A DNA stretch of 47,589 nt from Candidatus Micrarchaeota archaeon (GTDB lineage Archaea; Micrarchaeota; Micrarchaeia; Norongarragalinales; UBA8480), in assembly GCA_964388435.1 (NCBI GenBank), contig CAYMAH010000003.1:1-47589 (forward strand), in the 5' to 3' direction. The notes under the pieces are model-generated. The model saw only the letters and a list, made by a program, of their open reading frames with translations, was not told where the DNA came from and searched no databases. Numbering within the stretch: the stretch's first letter is position 1; each line of letters begins with the position of its first letter. Position numbers and translations under genes: made by a program. Positions 44,117-47,589 of the stretch are shown piece after piece.

Positions 44117-44802
44117 ACTAGAAAACCCGCTATTATCAGCAACACCGCTGCTATTATGTAATAGTTTAGTTCGCTTCCCTGCTGGGTGAAAAAGTTAGAC
44201 ACTTCAACGCTCAAACTCTCATCTTGGTCAAAGGATATCTTAAAATAACCCACCAGCGGGCCAGTCCAAACAACCGAATTAGAAGTTTGAGAGGTTGGAG
44301 GAGGGGAGATTGAAGAAAAATAATCGCCAGGCGGAATCACAAAAGAAAAAGTGGTTGACTGTGGAATGTAAAACTGGCCTGGAGAGGGACTGACAAAAGA
44401 GATTGAACTAGAATTAAGAAGATAAGTTATTGTTCTGCTTGATAGTTTACTAGCTTGCAAAACATAAATGGGAATGTCATAAGATATTATGATTTCTCCG
44501 GCAGGCATTCCCAAAGAAAAATACCTTTCCATGGTTATTTTTGTAGAGTTTTGAATTATCGGCGAAAAGAAATATTTTACATTGGAGTTAAAGTTAGTTA
44601 ACTGCAGTATCGTGTTCAAACCACTCATCTGCGCCGCGCTGAAATCGTTCTGATCAGCGGTGGAGTCAAGAAGCAGAATCAAATCCTGCTCCACGTGAAT
44701 GCTATTGTTCTGGACAGTGGCATTCACATTCAAAGAATAGAAAGTGAAAGCCCTGGAAAGCCCGAGCAGAATAAAAAATAATACAAAAAATATTTTTTTC
44801 AT
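44095..44802 (-). CDS. Anchored surface glycoprotein
   Basis: Signal MKKIFFVLFFILLGLSRA, sequons, C-terminal TM YIIAAVLLIIAGFLVY. Convergent 22-nt overlap with rfcL. Confidence 0.55.
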   Translation of the reverse strand: MKKIFFVLFFILLGLSRAFTFYSLNVNATVQNNSIHVEQDLILLLDSTADQNDFSAAQMSGLNTILQLTNFNSNVKYFFSPIIQNSTKITMERYFSLGMPAGEIIISYDIPIYVLQASKLSSRTITYLLNSSSISFVSPSPGQFYIPQSTTFSFVIPPGDYFSSISPPPTSQTSNSVVWTGPLVGYFKISFDQDESLSVEVSNFFTQQGSELNYYIIAAVLLIIAGFLVYKLSSD

Positions 44803-44852
44803 GTTTTAAATTTAAAGCGGATGTGCTTTAAAAAGTTTGTTTTCGGATTTTT

Positions 44853-45821
44853 TTAATCGCTTTTAAACTTGAGTCTGCCCTTCATGTCCCTTCTTGAAAG
44901 AATCACTACTTTTGAAGGCTCGTGGATGAAAACCCGTTCAAAAGAGGTGTTTTTCTCAATCTGATCTGCGAAGCTTTTGATTTCTTCAAGCGATGGCTCC
45001 TGGCTTGTTTTCATCCTAGCTCGTGAAGAACCTAATGGAAACCAGGCTTTAACTTCAACAAAACCAGGCTGAAACTTCTCGATGATTTCAGCGAATTTTT
45101 CAGGGTTTTTAAGGTTTAAATCCTTGGCTAAAGTCATTCTGAACACACTTCTTTTGAAATTTTCAAGCAGCAAAGCGCTCTTGAGAAAAGAATTCCAAGC
45201 GTCAGGAGTTTTGTTATTGGACACAAAGGCAAAGCTCTCTGCGTTCCAGGCGTTAAAGGACAGGTAAAGCTGAGTCGGCTGACTTGAAGATAAACGTTCA
45301 AACATTTTAGGCTGCAAGCCATTTGAAACCACAAAACTAGAATACTTTTCGTTTATCTTGTCAACAAGCTCTGGCAGTAAAGGATAAAGAGTTGGCTCTC
45401 CCATTAAAGAAATTGTAAAATGTTTTGGGTTTTGAGATTCAATCCATTTTTCTTTGATGGCATACTTCGAACCTTTCAAACCTTGAAGAAGGTATTTTTG
45501 AGCTTTAACGCTTTCTTCAACTATCAATTCTGGGTCTTCACATTCAGTCATTGACTTTTTGAATCGTTTAACCTCTCTCCAACAGTAAACGCAGTTGTTA
45601 TTGCAATACTCCGCGTTTGGAGTCATTTGCACACACTGGCTTGAATTGATTCCATAAGCCTGTTTGTAGCAATTGCCCCCGCCTTTTATCGCTTTTCTGG
45701 TCCAGTAGCAAATTTTGACAGCTGCTTGTTTTTTCTCTCCCACAAAAGCGTACCCCGCTTTTCTCAGCGGAACCAACTGCTCTGGCAGTCCTTTTTTGTA
45801 AAACTCAACCTGCATTTTCAA
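44853..45821 (-). CDS. taw1: tRNA 4-demethylwyosine synthase TYW1/Taw1 (radical SAM)
   Basis: VKICYWTRKAIKGGGNCYKQAYGINSSQCVQMTPNAEYCNNNCVYCWR and ISLMGEPTLYP. Close match to my memory of the archaeal TYW1 layout. Confidence 0.88.
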   Translation of the reverse strand: MKMQVEFYKKGLPEQLVPLRKAGYAFVGEKKQAAVKICYWTRKAIKGGGNCYKQAYGINSSQCVQMTPNAEYCNNNCVYCWREVKRFKKSMTECEDPELIVEESVKAQKYLLQGLKGSKYAIKEKWIESQNPKHFTISLMGEPTLYPLLPELVDKINEKYSSFVVSNGLQPKMFERLSSSQPTQLYLSFNAWNAESFAFVSNNKTPDAWNSFLKSALLLENFKRSVFRMTLAKDLNLKNPEKFAEIIEKFQPGFVEVKAWFPLGSSRARMKTSQEPSLEEIKSFADQIEKNTSFERVFIHEPSKVVILSRRDMKGRLKFKSD

Positions 45822-46249
45822 ACTTTTCCCAAGAGAAGTTTCAACTCCTGAACATGCTCCATCTCATCTATTATCACATGTTCAAGCTCGTGAAGAATGT
45901 AAAAATCCTCGTATTTTATTTCCTTGCAGTTTTTAAGGCTTTCAATTATTTTCTTGTAAAAATCTATTGCCTCTTTCTCAGCCTTTAGGTTAACCTCAAG
46001 AACTTCTTTAACGCTTTTAACGTGGTAAGTTTTGGCTACTCCCGTGGATGGAACTCCTCCAAGCATTGATATCATTGACCTAAACTTGGCCGCATGCTTC
46101 TCCTCATCCCCGCTTATCTCCTTCAACCTGTTAATAACAGGCTCGGCATTCAAGCCTCTTATAATCTCAGCGTGGCTTAAATACTGAAGTTTAGCCGCGT
46201 GCTCCACCTCCAAAGCAAGGTTAAGTGATTCAATCAAATCCTTTTTCAT
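45818..46249 (-). CDS. Ferritin-like diiron domain protein (bacterioferritin/rubrerythrin-like)
   Basis: Two E...ExxH pairs: EVEHAAKLQY...GDEEKHA and EKEAIDFY...DEMEHVQ. 4-nt overlap with taw1. Confidence 0.65.
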   Translation of the reverse strand: MKKDLIESLNLALEVEHAAKLQYLSHAEIIRGLNAEPVINRLKEISGDEEKHAAKFRSMISMLGGVPSTGVAKTYHVKSVKEVLEVNLKAEKEAIDFYKKIIESLKNCKEIKYEDFYILHELEHVIIDEMEHVQELKLLLGKV

Positions 46250-46261
46250 TTTTAGCTCACC

Positions 46262-47098
46262 TTATATTTTTTCAAGGTAGTCTACAACCTCATTTATCAC
46301 AAAACTTGGAGTACTTGTGCCAGCGGTCACCCCGACTGTTTTAGCTCCATTAAACCATTCTTTTTTAATCTCGGCAGTGCTTTCAATATGATAAGTGGGC
46401 TTTATAGTAGCGCAGAGCTCTGCGAGCCGCTTGGTATTACTGCTGTTTTTTCCCCCTATGACAATCATCACGTCGCTTTCATTTGCTATTTTAATCGCTG
46501 AAGGATGGTGCTGTTTTGTGGGATTACAAATAGTGTTGAATATTCTCAACTCCACTGCTTTCTCGAAAATCTTTTTAACAATCCCTTCAACTTTAGCGGG
46601 AAGCATTGTGGTTTGAACGACAACGCCGATTTTCTGGCTGCTGAAAGGCATTTGCTCTGCCTGCTCCTCGCTTTCAATTATCACAGCTTCATCATTAGCA
46701 TAACCCTTAACTCCAATAGCTTCGGGATGATTCTTCTCCCCTATTATTATAACTTTATACTTTTCATCATAAAGCTGCTTGGCATAATTCTGTTCCAATT
46801 TAACAAGTGGGCAAGTAGCATCTATAACGGTCAAATCTTTTCTTGAATTTGCCTCGCCTAAAACTTTAGGTGTAACCCCATGAGCTCTTATTATCAAAAC
46901 ACCGGACTTTGCTTCAGCAACAGTTTCAACCGTTTTAACCCCTGCTTTCTCAAAAACAGCCACCTGCTGAGGATTATGAACAATCGGACCTAAAATCTGA
47001 ATATTTTTAGACTTTCCATCAATCTCCTTATTAACGATGGAAACCGCGTTTTGAACACCGAAACAAAAACCCATGAATTCAGCTTGTAAAACCTTCAA
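46262..47098 (-). CDS. ispH: 4-hydroxy-3-methylbut-2-enyl diphosphate reductase IspH/LytB (MEP pathway)
   Basis: Three cluster cysteines in the canonical context: GFCFGV, DATCPLV, NTICNPT. Also HNPQ, IIRAHG, GGKNSSNT, GTSTP. Confidence 0.9.
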   Translation of the reverse strand: MKVLQAEFMGFCFGVQNAVSIVNKEIDGKSKNIQILGPIVHNPQQVAVFEKAGVKTVETVAEAKSGVLIIRAHGVTPKVLGEANSRKDLTVIDATCPLVKLEQNYAKQLYDEKYKVIIIGEKNHPEAIGVKGYANDEAVIIESEEQAEQMPFSSQKIGVVVQTTMLPAKVEGIVKKIFEKAVELRIFNTICNPTKQHHPSAIKIANESDVMIVIGGKNSSNTKRLAELCATIKPTYHIESTAEIKKEWFNGAKTVGVTAGTSTPSFVINEVVDYLEKI

Positions 47099-47146
47099 AA
47101 TACAACCACCTTCTTTTTAATGTTTAAGGTTCTATTTAAACCTTTT

Positions 47147-47589
47147 TTATATATTTTTAATCGAAACAACCGCGGTCACCCTGATGCCCTCGCCCTTTCC
47201 AAAAGAGGTCAAACCCTCTCCGCTTGTGGCCGTGATTCCAACACTTGAAGGGTCGATTCCAAAGCTTGCCGCTATCTTGCTCTTCATTTCCCCTGCTCTT
47301 GGTTCTATTTTCGGCTTTTTAGCTTCAATGCTTATTGAAATGTTCTCCACCACACAATTCTTTTCCTTCAGCATCGCCGCAGCTGATTTTATGTAGTTTT
47401 CAGAATTCATGTTCTTTTGATCGACGCTCGTGTCAGGAAAATAAAAACCAATGCTTCTGCCTCCAAGAGCGCTTGAAACAGCATTGAACAAAGCGTGAAG
47501 AACAACGTCACCGTCGCTGTGCGCAATCAAACCCTTCTCTCCCTCGAAAACCACGCCTCCCAAAATCAGTTTCTTGTCCGACCCGAAAG
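47147..47589 (-). CDS. ispF: 2-C-methyl-D-erythritol 2,4-cyclodiphosphate synthase IspF (MEP pathway); N-terminus (~10 aa) beyond window edge
   Basis: The frame is open to the window end: FGSDKKLILGGVVFEGEKGLIAHSDGDVVLHAL...FPDTS...ISIEAKKPKI...TSGEGLTSFGKGEGI. Collinear with E. coli IspF as I remember it. Confidence 0.88.
   Translation of the reverse strand, partial: FGSDKKLILGGVVFEGEKGLIAHSDGDVVLHALFNAVSSALGGRSIGFYFPDTSVDQKNMNSENYIKSAAAMLKEKNCVVENISISIEAKKPKIEPRAGEMKSKIAASFGIDPSSVGITATSGEGLTSFGKGEGIRVTAVVSIKNI

Overview
AT-rich, tightly packed archaeal chromosome segment with many 1-40 nt gene overlaps. It most likely comes from a small-genome DPANN-type archaeon. That assignment is an inference from four things: archaeal information-processing genes, shortened core proteins, many anchored Asn/Gln/Ser-rich surface proteins, and interspersed bacterial-type genes.

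Conserved core:
- The archaeal exosome/proteasome/RNase P superoperon on the minus strand (5798-12995): Rpp30, Pop5, PsmA, SBDS, Rrp4, Rrp41, Rrp42 and L37ae.
- A ribosomal/translation cluster on the plus strand (18976-24900): S19e, PDCD5-like, L39e, L31e, aIF6, prefoldin alpha, FtsY, ThrRS and a Trbp111-like protein.
- GatCAB, RFC large subunit, TYW1/Taw1, an MtaB-like methylthiotransferase, NMD3-like, DRG-like and YchF-like GTPases.

Accessory content:
- Seven signal/anchor-bearing, sequon-rich surface proteins. One carries a transglutaminase-like core, one is DsbA-like without CxxC, and one is a CARDB-like repeat protein divergent from a TrmB regulator.
- Two mini-pilins with class III signal peptides.
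- A VapBC pair beside tRNA-Pro.
- A DAC-domain (c-di-AMP cyclase-like) protein and a NiCoT transporter.
- A UvrD-type helicase fused to a Cas4/AddB-type Fe-S nuclease, downstream of a DHH/DHHA1 phosphoesterase.
- Bacterial-type MEP pathway genes ispF-ispH.

Four tRNA genes were found by hand-folding: Asp-GTC, Tyr-GTA, Pro-TGG and Gly-GCC. tRNA-Tyr carries two introns. tRNA-Gly appears to carry three introns and is hidden under the N-terminal extension of an ORF-track call. Both share a near-identical A/T intron at T-loop position 59/60.

No CRISPR array, rRNA, transposase or integrase was seen. I did not find a clear multi-gene system that I can call new. The most unusual signals are the multi-intron tRNAs, the MEP genes in an archaeal context, the membrane-anchored DAC protein, the helicase-nuclease/DHH pair and the surface-protein locus around TrmB.
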